A stretch of DNA of 64,000 bases from Oceanispirochaeta sp. (GCA_963663385.2 CAXXXD010000003.1:384001-448000); one strand, 5' to 3'; counted from the first letter of the stretch, positions 51,731-60,523 are shown. The notes: a model not told the origin generated them from the sequence alone. Numbers and translations: made by a program.

Positions 51731-53341
51731 ATGAAAAAACGTTCCAGAGGCGGGGACTCAGTCCCGGAAGAAGAGAAAAGGGAAATCCCCAAAGCTCACA
51801 GGGAAGCGGTCTCCCATCTGGACAGGAGAAAAGCCACCATGCTGGCCGGCGGAGGCGAGTCCCGCCAGGCTCAGCAGAGGGCCAAGGGCAAGAAGACGGC
51901 CCGGGAGAGAATCCATTTTCTTACCGATGAAGGCAGTTTTGTTGAAAACCAGCCCTACATTACCACCCGGAGCGATGACTTCGGCATGGATAAGAAGAAG
52001 TTTGCCGGAGACGGTGTTATTGCCGGAAGCGCTCTTCTGGACGGTCGTCAGATCTGGCTGACCTCCCAGGACTTCACCGTACTGGGCGGGTCACTGGGCG
52101 AGCAGCATGCCGCCAAGATCGCCGGGGCGCAGATGAATGCCCTGAAAACAGGCAAGCCCTTTGTGCAGATCAACGATTCCGGCGGAGCCCGCATTCAGGA
52201 AGGGGTCATGTCCCTTGAAGGGTACGGCAGTATCTTCCGGGCCAACACGCTGGCCTCGGGTGTGATTCCCCAGATCTCCCTGATTATGGGTCCCTGTGCG
52301 GGAGGAGCCGCGTACTCGCCGGCTTTGACTGACTTTGTTTTTATGGTCGACAAGACCAGCCAGATGTATATAACCGGTCCCGACGTGATCAAAGCTGTGA
52401 CCGGAGAGAATGTGACCGGCGAAGGTCTGGGCGGGGCAGTAGCCCATAACAGCAAAAGCGGTAATGCCCATTTCCGCTGCGCCTCCGAAGAAGAGTGCCT
52501 GACCACTCTTAAAAGGCTGCTGTCCTACCTGCCTTCCTCCAACAGGGAAGCGCCTCCGCGGATTGAGTGTACGGACGATCCGAACAGGGATACGGGAGAG
52601 ATCCTCCATATCCTTCCGGATAAGGCGAACAAGCCCTATGATATAAGGGAAGTGATTGATCTGATCTTTGATCAGGAGAGCTTTCTGGAGGTGCATAAAG
52701 AGTTTGCCACCAGCATGGTCGTAGGATTTGCCCGCCTGGCCGGCCGGACGGTCGGTGTATACGGTAATCAGCCCAGGGTGTTTGCGGGATCCCTGGATAA
52801 GGACTCCTCGGACAAGGCGGCCCGGTTTATCCGCTTCTGCGATGCCTTCGGTATCCCCGTGATTTCCCTGGTGGATGTTCCGGGGTATATGCCGGGTACG
52901 GTTCAGGAATTCGGCGGTATTATCCGCCACGGAGCCAAGCTGCTGTACGCGGTCGCCGAGGCTACGGTTCCTAAAATTGCCCTTGTCCTGCGGAAAGCCT
53001 ACGGCGGCGCCTATATCGGTATGGCCTCAAAGGCTCTTGGTTATGACAGGGTGCTGGCCCTTCCCACGGCGGAGATTGCCGTAATGGGAGCTGCCGGTGC
53101 GGCGAATATTATTTTCCGGAACGATATCAACGCCGCCAGGGACCCCGATCTTATCCGTGAGATCAAGATCCACGAGTACCAGGAGAAGTTTATGAACCCC
53201 TTTGCGGCGGCTTCCCAGGGTATTGTGGACGATGTTATCGCACCGGAAGCCATCCGGAAGGAACTGATCCGGTCTGTAGAGATGATGGCGGATAAGATGG
53301 AAGATCTGCCTAGAAAGAAACACGGGAATATTCCCCTTTAG
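51731..53341 (+). CDS. Acyl-CoA carboxylase beta / decarboxylase alpha carboxyltransferase subunit (PccB/MmdA family)
   Basis: GK.TARERI, QDFTVLGGSLGE, DSGGARIQEG, GPCAGGAAYSP, VDVPGYMPG, RKAYGGAY, KKHGNIPL. Confidence 0.93.
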   Translation: MKKRSRGGDSVPEEEKREIPKAHREAVSHLDRRKATMLAGGGESRQAQQRAKGKKTARERIHFLTDEGSFVENQPYITTRSDDFGMDKKKFAGDGVIAGSALLDGRQIWLTSQDFTVLGGSLGEQHAAKIAGAQMNALKTGKPFVQINDSGGARIQEGVMSLEGYGSIFRANTLASGVIPQISLIMGPCAGGAAYSPALTDFVFMVDKTSQMYITGPDVIKAVTGENVTGEGLGGAVAHNSKSGNAHFRCASEEECLTTLKRLLSYLPSSNREAPPRIECTDDPNRDTGEILHILPDKANKPYDIREVIDLIFDQESFLEVHKEFATSMVVGFARLAGRTVGVYGNQPRVFAGSLDKDSSDKAARFIRFCDAFGIPVISLVDVPGYMPGTVQEFGGIIRHGAKLLYAVAEATVPKIALVLRKAYGGAYIGMASKALGYDRVLALPTAEIAVMGAAGAANIIFRNDINAARDPDLIREIKIHEYQEKFMNPFAAASQGIVDDVIAPEAIRKELIRSVEMMADKMEDLPRKKHGNIPL

Positions 53342-53370
53342 TGTTTGACTTATGATAAGGAAGAGGTCGC

Positions 53371-53529
53371 ATGATGAAAAGATTATTTGGTAGAAAAAAA
53401 CAGGAAGCCTTAAAGGCTCGGGAGGTTAAAGCTCCTGTAGATTATACTCCCGGTGTGTACAGCGATGCCATGATCTGGGCTGCGAGCAAGCTGAATCAGT
53501 TGCAGCTGCAGTCGAATCCCGGCTTCTGA
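53371..53529 (+). CDS. 52-aa small protein downstream of carboxyltransferase (not in ORF track)
   Basis: SD AAGGAAGAGG; MMKRLFGRKKQEALKAREVKAPVDYTPGVYSDAMIWAASKLNQLQLQSNPGF; lies before the operon terminator. Confidence 0.6.
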   Translation: MMKRLFGRKKQEALKAREVKAPVDYTPGVYSDAMIWAASKLNQLQLQSNPGF

Positions 53530-53564
53530 CTCATAAATACTATTTAAAAAATGTTCGGTTTTCA

Positions 53565-53617
53565 CCGGTATCAGCCCCAACTGCAGAGAGATCCTTCCGG
53601 GCTGGTACCGGTTTTTT
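53565..53617 (+). terminator. Terminator of the transaldolase operon
   Basis: ACCGGTATCAGCCC...GGGCTGGTACCGGT followed by T-run. Confidence 0.7.
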
Positions 53618-53714
53618 ATGTGTTTTACCAGTATACGCCGGATCAGAAGTTAAAACAGGGTCTGAATGAAGAAGCTCAGGGTTCATCATTCAGACTCAGT
53701 TTTTGATGGCCGTG

Positions 53715-54425
53715 TCACTTGTTGATCTGCAGTCTGTTCTTGATATTTTCAATATGGGAACTGAAGGTATCCACCGAGTTGGATACTTCGCCTGTTCCGA
53801 TAGTATCGATTATCTGTTGATGCTCGCTGACAATCAGGGCCGGGTCGTTGTAATCGCTCTGGGACTGGTCAATCTCTTCGAACATAAAAGACTTAAGGGT
53901 TTTATAGATAGAGTAGAAGAGGGTATTCCCTGTGCTTTTCACAATGATATTGTGAAAATTATAATCCGCCTCAATCATGTTTTCCCGCTGCCCCGCGTCC
54001 AGGCTCATCTTCATATGGTCCACCTGTTTCTGCAGTTCTTTTATTATACCGGCTACTTTATCAGGATCTTCGTTCTGCAGATGGGTGAGGGTGATAATAC
54101 TCCAAAGCTCAATGGCCCCTCTTGTTTCGATCAGTTCCTGCTGTTCCTCTTTACCCAGAAGGATGGACCAGGAAAGGGCTTCCGCGGAGATATTGGCTCT
54201 GTCCGAGAGAAATGTACCCTTGGCCGCCTTGGATTCCAGCACGCCAAGGTAGTTAAAAATTTTAATGGCCTCCCGAATGGAGGAACGGCCGATACCGAAC
54301 CGCTCTGCCAGCTCATTTTCTGTCGGGATTTTATCTCCCGGTTTATATTTTCCGGAGGCTATCAGATCTTTGATATGCTCCATTACCTGTTCCACTACCG
54401 TTTTCTGTTTTATCTTCTGAACCAT
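53715..54425 (-). CDS. FadR/GntR-family regulator
   Basis: PGDKIPTENELAERFGIGRSSIREAI; FCD domain DYNFH..I..GN, SEH. Confidence 0.93.
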   Translation of the reverse strand: MVQKIKQKTVVEQVMEHIKDLIASGKYKPGDKIPTENELAERFGIGRSSIREAIKIFNYLGVLESKAAKGTFLSDRANISAEALSWSILLGKEEQQELIETRGAIELWSIITLTHLQNEDPDKVAGIIKELQKQVDHMKMSLDAGQRENMIEADYNFHNIIVKSTGNTLFYSIYKTLKSFMFEEIDQSQSDYNDPALIVSEHQQIIDTIGTGEVSNSVDTFSSHIENIKNRLQINK

Positions 54426-54437
54426 TTTTTATGCTCC

Positions 54438-54472
54438 TATTGTATGATAATATAACATTAATACAAATTCAA
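54438..54472 (-). promoter_or_regulatory. gntR promoter with putative autoregulatory operator
   Basis: Minus strand TTGAAT-17-TATCAT; 54438-54452 reverse-complements to TATTATCATACAATA, identical to 49088-49102. Confidence 0.75.
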
Positions 54473-54560
54473 CAACAGAATTATTCTGTTTATCTGTTTT
54501 ATATTTATTTATAAATAAAACAGTGTTTTTTGTATAGAATACTGTTGAAAAAGATTACTG

Positions 54561-54776
54561 GCGCAAACGTTTGATATTTAAGTGATTTTTTTATCGATAT
54601 TTATTTAATGATTTTTTAAAGGAATATAATATTCAAATTGTAATGTCTGATAATATGTAAATAGGCTAAGTTGTTTTAATATAATGAATAAAAATGAAAA
54701 AATAAAATATATCAGAAAAAACTTGACAGAAAATCAAACTAGGAGTGATAATGATTAAGTATCGGAAACGTTTGCG
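54561..54776 (+). promoter_or_regulatory. Promoter and two LacI-type operators of the inositol uptake operon
   Basis: CAAACGTTTG at 54564-54573; TTGACA at 54723-54728 with GATAAT at 54747-54752; CGGAAACGTTTGCG at 54763-54776. Confidence 0.7.
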
Positions 54777-54853
54777 TAAATGTAATGTATTCCGTAAAAA
54801 AAAAGAACCGGCAGGGGAATGCCGGTATATGCCGAGAGGCAGGAGGAGAATTT

Positions 54854-55792
54854 ATGAGAAAGCTTTTAGTAGCGCTGATGATGATGGCTCTGTTGACAGG
54901 GGCTGTATTCGCAAATGGACAGCAGGAAGATGAGGGTTATAAAGTAGGTTATGTATGTAACAACTTTAATGATACCTTTCAGACTTATGTAATGGATGCG
55001 GCAGAAGCCTACTTCAATAATGTAGCTGATGTGGAAATCGTTCTTCAGGACTCCGTTGAGGATGTTATTCGTCAGCAGGACCTTGTTAATACACTGATTG
55101 CACAGAAAGTTGATGCACTGATTGTTGTGCCTGTTGATACAAGCGCTATGGAACCCATTGTAAAAGCAGCTGACGAAGCAGGAATTCCCCTTTGCTTCGT
55201 AAACAGAAACCCCTATGCAGGAAAATCCCTTCCTGAAAATGTTTTCTACGTAGGTTCTCAGGAAATCATCGCCGGACAGCAGCAGATGGAATACATGGGA
55301 GAACTCATGGGCGGAAAAGGCGGTGTCGGTATCCTGATGGGTAAACTGGACAACGAAGGCGCTCTGAAAAGAACAGAAGGAAACGAAGCTGTTATTGCAG
55401 ATAAGTTTCCCGGCATTAAGATTCTTGCAAAAGAGACCGGTAACTGGCAGAGAGACCAGGGCATGACTCTGACAGAAAACTGGCTGACCGCTTACGGTTC
55501 CGATCTGAATGGAATCCTGGCTAACAACGATGAAATGGCACTTGGTGCTGTAGAAGCTCTGAAAGCTGCCGGAAGAGAAGATATCTTCGTAATGGGTGTT
55601 GATGCCATTCCCGATGCAAAAGAAGCTGTCGGAAACGGATCTCTGGCTGCTACTGTACTTCAGGATGCTGTTGGACAGGGAGAAGGCGGAGCAAAAGTTA
55701 TCCACAGTGTGCTTCAGGGAAAAACTCCCGAGCCGATTACCTGGGTACCCTTTGTACTTATTACACCGGAAAACCTGGCTGATTTTCAGTAA
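54854..55792 (+). CDS. Sugar (probably inositol) ABC substrate-binding protein, RbsB family
   Basis: Leader VFANGQQE; VDALIVVPVD, FVNR, NWQR, ANNDEMALGA, GVDA; iol context. Confidence 0.9.
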   Translation: MRKLLVALMMMALLTGAVFANGQQEDEGYKVGYVCNNFNDTFQTYVMDAAEAYFNNVADVEIVLQDSVEDVIRQQDLVNTLIAQKVDALIVVPVDTSAMEPIVKAADEAGIPLCFVNRNPYAGKSLPENVFYVGSQEIIAGQQQMEYMGELMGGKGGVGILMGKLDNEGALKRTEGNEAVIADKFPGIKILAKETGNWQRDQGMTLTENWLTAYGSDLNGILANNDEMALGAVEALKAAGREDIFVMGVDAIPDAKEAVGNGSLAATVLQDAVGQGEGGAKVIHSVLQGKTPEPITWVPFVLITPENLADFQ

Positions 55793-55803
55793 TTGAATAG
55801 CCG

Positions 55804-55835
55804 AGGGGAAAAGCCGGAGGTTTTTCCCCTTTTTT
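55804..55835 (+). terminator. Stem-loop after SBP gene
   Basis: AGGGGAAAA...TTTTCCCCT plus T-run. Confidence 0.6.
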
Positions 55836-55847
55836 ATGGAGGGATTT

Positions 55848-57365
55848 ATGGCAGAGGAAAAATATATCCTGGAAATGACGGATATTGTAAAGACCTTTCC
55901 CGGCGTACAGGCACTCAAGGGTGTTCAGCTGAAGGTCAAACCGGGTGAGATCCATGCTCTGATGGGGGAGAATGGCGCCGGTAAATCTACACTTATGAAC
56001 TGTCTGGCAGGAGTTCATGGACAAACTTCAGGAACCATTTTATATGATGGTAAAGTAAGAGAAAATTATAATACAATTCAGGCTCTTGAAATGGGTATCT
56101 CTATGATACACCAGGAATTGAGTCCTGTTCTTCACAGACCGATCATGGAAAACATCTGGTTAGGCAGAGAACCTTTAAACAAATTCGGTCTTGTTGATCA
56201 CCAGAAAATGTATGAGATGAGCGTGGAAGTTCTGAAAGAGATCGATCTTGATGTCGATCCCAGAACAGAGATGGTAAATCTGACTGTAGCAAAAATGCAG
56301 ATGATAGAAATAGCCAAAGCTGTTTCTTTTGATTCCAAACTGATTATTATGGATGAACCCACATCTGCCCTGGCTGACAAAGAGATAAATCAGCTTTTTA
56401 CCATTATGCGGAAGCTGAAAGAAAGCGGTAAAAGCATTATATATATCTCTCATAAACTGGATGAGGTTTATGAGATTACTGATCGTATTTCCGTTTTTCG
56501 GGACGGTATTTATATCGGAACGGAGGATACTGACAAGCTGTCAGAGGATCAGCTCATTAAGATGATGGTAGGACGGGAAGTCAATGAACTCTTTCCCAAG
56601 GAACCCTGTCCTATCGGCGATGTAAAGATGGAAGTAAGGGGTCTGACCCACAGCAGGCATTTCAGGGATGTGTCCTTTACAGTCAGGAAAGGCGAGATCC
56701 TGGGGGTCGCCGGTTTGATTGGAGCGGGCCGAACGGAAGTTATTGAAACAATTTTCGGAATTCGGGAAAAAGTCAGCGGTGAAGTATTGATCGACGGGAA
56801 ACCCGTTGAAATCAACTCTCCCAGGGATGCTATTGCCAATCATATGGCTCTATTGACAGAAGACCGCCGTCATTCGGGGATCTTCCCCATGCTGTCGGTC
56901 CGCTTGAATATGGCCATTACCAACTTTCCGAAATTCCTGAATAAATTCGGACTGATCCGGGACAGGGATGTAAAGAAAGAGTGTGATGAATATGTTAAAA
57001 AAATCCAGGTGAAAACACCCAGTCTGCAGCAGCGGGTAGAGAATCTATCCGGTGGAAATCAGCAGAAAGTACTGGTTTCCCGCTGGTTGATGACCAATCC
57101 GGATATCCTTTTTCTGGATGAACCGACACGTGGTATCGATGTAGGAGCAAAATCAGAGATCCATCGTCTGATAACCAGGTTGGCCGGAGAGGGAAAATCT
57201 ATTGTCATGGTTTCTTCCGAACTACCGGAAGTAATGGGGATGAGTGACCGCATTATGATAATGCATGAAGGGAAAGTAACCGGTATCGTTGATAACCGGG
57301 ACGACCTCACTCAAGAGGAATTAATGACCTATGCTACTGGAAAAGCTGGGAAGAAGGGGGCGTAA
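55848..57365 (+). CDS. Sugar ABC ATP-binding protein (RbsA/MglA type)
   Basis: GENGAGKSTL, MDEPTSAL, LSGGNQQKV, DEPTRGIDVGAK. Confidence 0.95.
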   Translation: MAEEKYILEMTDIVKTFPGVQALKGVQLKVKPGEIHALMGENGAGKSTLMNCLAGVHGQTSGTILYDGKVRENYNTIQALEMGISMIHQELSPVLHRPIMENIWLGREPLNKFGLVDHQKMYEMSVEVLKEIDLDVDPRTEMVNLTVAKMQMIEIAKAVSFDSKLIIMDEPTSALADKEINQLFTIMRKLKESGKSIIYISHKLDEVYEITDRISVFRDGIYIGTEDTDKLSEDQLIKMMVGREVNELFPKEPCPIGDVKMEVRGLTHSRHFRDVSFTVRKGEILGVAGLIGAGRTEVIETIFGIREKVSGEVLIDGKPVEINSPRDAIANHMALLTEDRRHSGIFPMLSVRLNMAITNFPKFLNKFGLIRDRDVKKECDEYVKKIQVKTPSLQQRVENLSGGNQQKVLVSRWLMTNPDILFLDEPTRGIDVGAKSEIHRLITRLAGEGKSIVMVSSELPEVMGMSDRIMIMHEGKVTGIVDNRDDLTQEELMTYATGKAGKKGA

Positions 57366-57368
57366 ATT

Positions 57369-58376
57369 ATGTCTGCAGCAGAAAATATTTTAAAATTAAA
57401 GAAAACAGGGTCCAAAGAGATCCTGCAGAAATACGGTATTGTATTTGTTCTTATTCTGATGGTAATCGGAATAAGTGTCCTGGAACCGGCCTTCCTGAGC
57501 AGTTCCAATATCTTTAATGTTCTGACACAGTCCGCCATATTCGGGATTATGGCATTGGGACTGACATTTGTTATTATCTCCAAGGGAATTGACCTGTCTG
57601 TCGGTTCTATTCTGGCTTTTGCCGGTGTTGTCGCAGCCAGTCTGGCTCAGACGGCTGAAGCTACCGGAAAATACTATCCCAACCTGGCTGAAATGCCTGT
57701 TCTGGTTCCCATTCTGGCAGCTCTGGGTGTAGGTGCGGCCTGTGGTGCGGTTACGGGTATCCTTATCGCTAAAACCAATATCCCCGCTTTTATCTCTTCT
57801 TTAGGTATGATGACTGTGGCGAGAGGTTTTGCCCTGATTTACTCGGATGGTAAACCTGTCAGTACCCTGATTCCATCCATGACACGTCTCGGCGGCAAAC
57901 TGTGGGGCTTCCTTCCTATTCCCGTACTGATCTATTTTGTCATGATTATTATCAGTTCCGTCCTGCTGAATAAAACAAGATTCGGTAAGAGCGTTTATGC
58001 GGTCGGCGGTAATATCAAGGCTGCCGAGGTATCCGGTGTTAATGTAAGCAAAACCCTGATTGCCATCTATTCATTCTGTGGATTGCTGGCCGGTCTGGCA
58101 GCAATCGTATTTGCCGGCCGTGTCGGTTCTGTTCATCCCGGTGCTGCCTTCGGATATGAATTGACTGCCATTGCAGCAACCACAATCGGTGGAACAAGCC
58201 ATTCAGGCGGTATCGGAACAATCTGGGGCGCTTTTGTAGGTGCCATGGTACTGGCTGTACTCAGAAACGGACTGACTCTTCTTGGTGTTGATGCCTACTG
58301 GCAGCAGGTAACCGAAGGTGTCATCATCGTTGTTGCTGTTATCATCGATATGCGTAAAAACGCTAAAAAAGACTGA
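57369..58376 (+). CDS. Sugar ABC permease (RbsC type)
   Basis: GIDLSVGS, YAVGGN..AA.VSG, YELTAIAA..IGGTS. Confidence 0.95.
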   Translation: MSAAENILKLKKTGSKEILQKYGIVFVLILMVIGISVLEPAFLSSSNIFNVLTQSAIFGIMALGLTFVIISKGIDLSVGSILAFAGVVAASLAQTAEATGKYYPNLAEMPVLVPILAALGVGAACGAVTGILIAKTNIPAFISSLGMMTVARGFALIYSDGKPVSTLIPSMTRLGGKLWGFLPIPVLIYFVMIIISSVLLNKTRFGKSVYAVGGNIKAAEVSGVNVSKTLIAIYSFCGLLAGLAAIVFAGRVGSVHPGAAFGYELTAIAATTIGGTSHSGGIGTIWGAFVGAMVLAVLRNGLTLLGVDAYWQQVTEGVIIVVAVIIDMRKNAKKD

Positions 58377-58397
58377 TAAGAGGAAAGAACAGAAGCT

Positions 58398-59411
58398 ATG
58401 AAAAAAATTAAAATCGGTTCAGTCGGTCTGGGACGTCTGGGCCTGCAGCATGCGGAAAATATAGCCACAAGGGTCATGAATGCCGAACTGACGGCCCTGT
58501 GTGATTTGAATGAATCCCTTTTAAATGAAACCGCGGACAGACTGGGAGTAACCCACCGCTGTAAAAGTTTTGAGGAATTGATTGCTATTGAAGAGCTGGA
58601 TGCCATATCCATTGTCTCTCCTTCGCATCTTCATACAGGTCAGATTTCAGCTGCCCTGGCAGCAGGGAAGCATGTGTTTTCGGAAAAACCTCTTGGTGTA
58701 ACTGTAGAGGAGTGCAAAGAAGCGGAAAAGGCTGTGGAAAAGTACTCCGATAAGGTTTTTATGCTGGGCTTTATGCGCCGCTTTGATCCTTCCTATGTGT
58801 ACGCTCATGAAAAAGTGATGGCCGGAGAGATCGGTAAGCCGGTTCTTTTCCGCTCCTACAGTCAGGACCCCGAAAAATTTATTGACGGAGCTATTGCTTT
58901 TGCCGGTCATAGCGGCGGGCAGTTTCTGGATATGGCTGTGCATGATATTGATTTGGCTCGCTGGTTTCTCCAGTCAGAGCCGGAAAGCGTTACAGCCATG
59001 GGAGGCTGCTATGCGCATCCTGAATTCGCTGAATATAAGGACGGGGATAATGTTTCCTGTTTGATGAAGTTCAGGAATGATGCTATGGTTTTTCTGTTTG
59101 CAGGCCGGACGGCTCCCCATGGTTACAATGTGGAGACTGAAATCATTGGAACAAAAGGAATCCTGAGAATCGCTTCTGTTCCGCAGAAAAATCTGGTGGA
59201 AGTCCTTGATAACAGTGGTGTGCGCCGGGAATGCAGCGAAAACTTTCTGGAACGATTTGAAAGTTCCTATGTAAATGAAATGCAGGAATTCGTGGACTGT
59301 ATCCTGGAAGGCCGGAAACCGAAAGTAACCGTATATGACGGGACCAAAGTATCCGAAATCGCCTACAGGTGCAAAGAGTCTTTCGAGACCGGCAATCAAT
59401 TGAGGTTTTAA
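58398..59411 (+). CDS. iolG: Inositol 2-dehydrogenase (Gfo/Idh/MocA)
   Basis: GLGRLG..H, EKPL, GFMRRFDP, DMAVHDID; iol context. Confidence 0.85.
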   Translation: MKKIKIGSVGLGRLGLQHAENIATRVMNAELTALCDLNESLLNETADRLGVTHRCKSFEELIAIEELDAISIVSPSHLHTGQISAALAAGKHVFSEKPLGVTVEECKEAEKAVEKYSDKVFMLGFMRRFDPSYVYAHEKVMAGEIGKPVLFRSYSQDPEKFIDGAIAFAGHSGGQFLDMAVHDIDLARWFLQSEPESVTAMGGCYAHPEFAEYKDGDNVSCLMKFRNDAMVFLFAGRTAPHGYNVETEIIGTKGILRIASVPQKNLVEVLDNSGVRRECSENFLERFESSYVNEMQEFVDCILEGRKPKVTVYDGTKVSEIAYRCKESFETGNQLRF

Positions 59412-60436
59412 TGAAAAATACCCAGGTTACCATAAAGGATATTGCGGAAATCGCCGGAGTCAGCTTTTCGACGGTTTCCCGTTCCCTGAACGACAGTTCC
59501 GGAGTTTCGGAAAAAACAAAAAAGAGGATTTGTCAGATTGCGGAAGACCTGGGTTTTGAATTTAATGCCGGCGCGAGGAGTATGATTACGAGCCGTGCCG
59601 GAACCGTGGGGATTGTTCTGCCCGAACAATATACCCTTGTAAATGTTAATGTGTACCACGGGATGCTGATGAACAGCCTCCGAACCTACCTGGAAAAAGC
59701 GGATGTGGATCTGATTGTCACCTATCAGAATAACCATTTCAGCAAGCAGAATAATATAAAACGGCTTATAACACGGAAAAAGGTCGATGGTCTGATTCTT
59801 CTGGATGAGTACATCTCCCCGGAATCTCTGGACTTCATGAAAAACCGGGATTTTCCTTTTGTCTGTACCCATTACCCGCCCGGACCTGCAATCAAAGATC
59901 AGGATGTGATTTTTACGGATCATTATATCGGCGGTCAGCTTGTGGCAGAACATCTGCTTGAAAGGGGACGTACATCATTCCTTCTGCTGGCAATGGCAGT
60001 GGAGCATGACGAGTTTCTCTTGAGAGAGCGGGGATTTATAGAAACCGTTGAGAGGGCCGGTCACAAGGTAAAACGGATTACCAGTGATTCAACATTTGAT
60101 TCGGCCAAAGAGGTAATGAAAGAGCATCTGGCTGCTGCCAGATCCAGTGATGCCCTTTTCGCCATTAATGACCTGATGGCGCTGGGCGCTATGCGGACTT
60201 TGAAGGATAAGGGATTTGACATACCCGACGATATCGCTATCGTCGGGTATGATGACAGTGAATTCGCCCGTTACAGTAACCCCTCCCTTACCTCTATTCA
60301 TCAGCCTCGAGAAGAGCTGGCGCATATTTCCTGCGACCGTCTATTTCTTCAGATGGAAAAGAAGAGGCAGGACGAGGAGTTTATTAAAAAGAGAATCAGC
60401 ATACAGCCGGTTCTTCTGGAGCGGGAGTCGACATAA
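59411..60436 (+). CDS. LacI-family regulator
   Basis: VTIKDIAEIAGVSFSTVSRSLN; NDLMALG, IVGYDD, LTSIHQP; ATG 59411 overlaps iolG stop. Confidence 0.94.
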   Translation: MKNTQVTIKDIAEIAGVSFSTVSRSLNDSSGVSEKTKKRICQIAEDLGFEFNAGARSMITSRAGTVGIVLPEQYTLVNVNVYHGMLMNSLRTYLEKADVDLIVTYQNNHFSKQNNIKRLITRKKVDGLILLDEYISPESLDFMKNRDFPFVCTHYPPGPAIKDQDVIFTDHYIGGQLVAEHLLERGRTSFLLLAMAVEHDEFLLRERGFIETVERAGHKVKRITSDSTFDSAKEVMKEHLAAARSSDALFAINDLMALGAMRTLKDKGFDIPDDIAIVGYDDSEFARYSNPSLTSIHQPREELAHISCDRLFLQMEKKRQDEEFIKKRISIQPVLLEREST

Positions 60437-60451
60437 ATATGAAAATAAAGC

Positions 60452-60507
60452 TTCACAATATTTAATACTGCTGATACTATATCAGACAATAATACAATAA
60501 GAAGATA
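60452..60507 (+). promoter_or_regulatory. iolBDE promoter with GntR-type operator
   Basis: TTCACA-17-TACTAT, then TATCAGACAATAATACAATAAGAAGATA (24/28 identical to 49091-49118). Confidence 0.75.
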
Positions 60508-60523
60508 CGACAAGGAGGTTGAG

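Noticed and set aside
54866..55918. 350-aa antisense ORF (also 11451-12344, 49373-50293, 52091-52930, 53703-54455, 63054-63983 and similar)
   Set aside because: All mirror well-supported genes on the opposite strand; 63054-63983 is the shadow of iolE.
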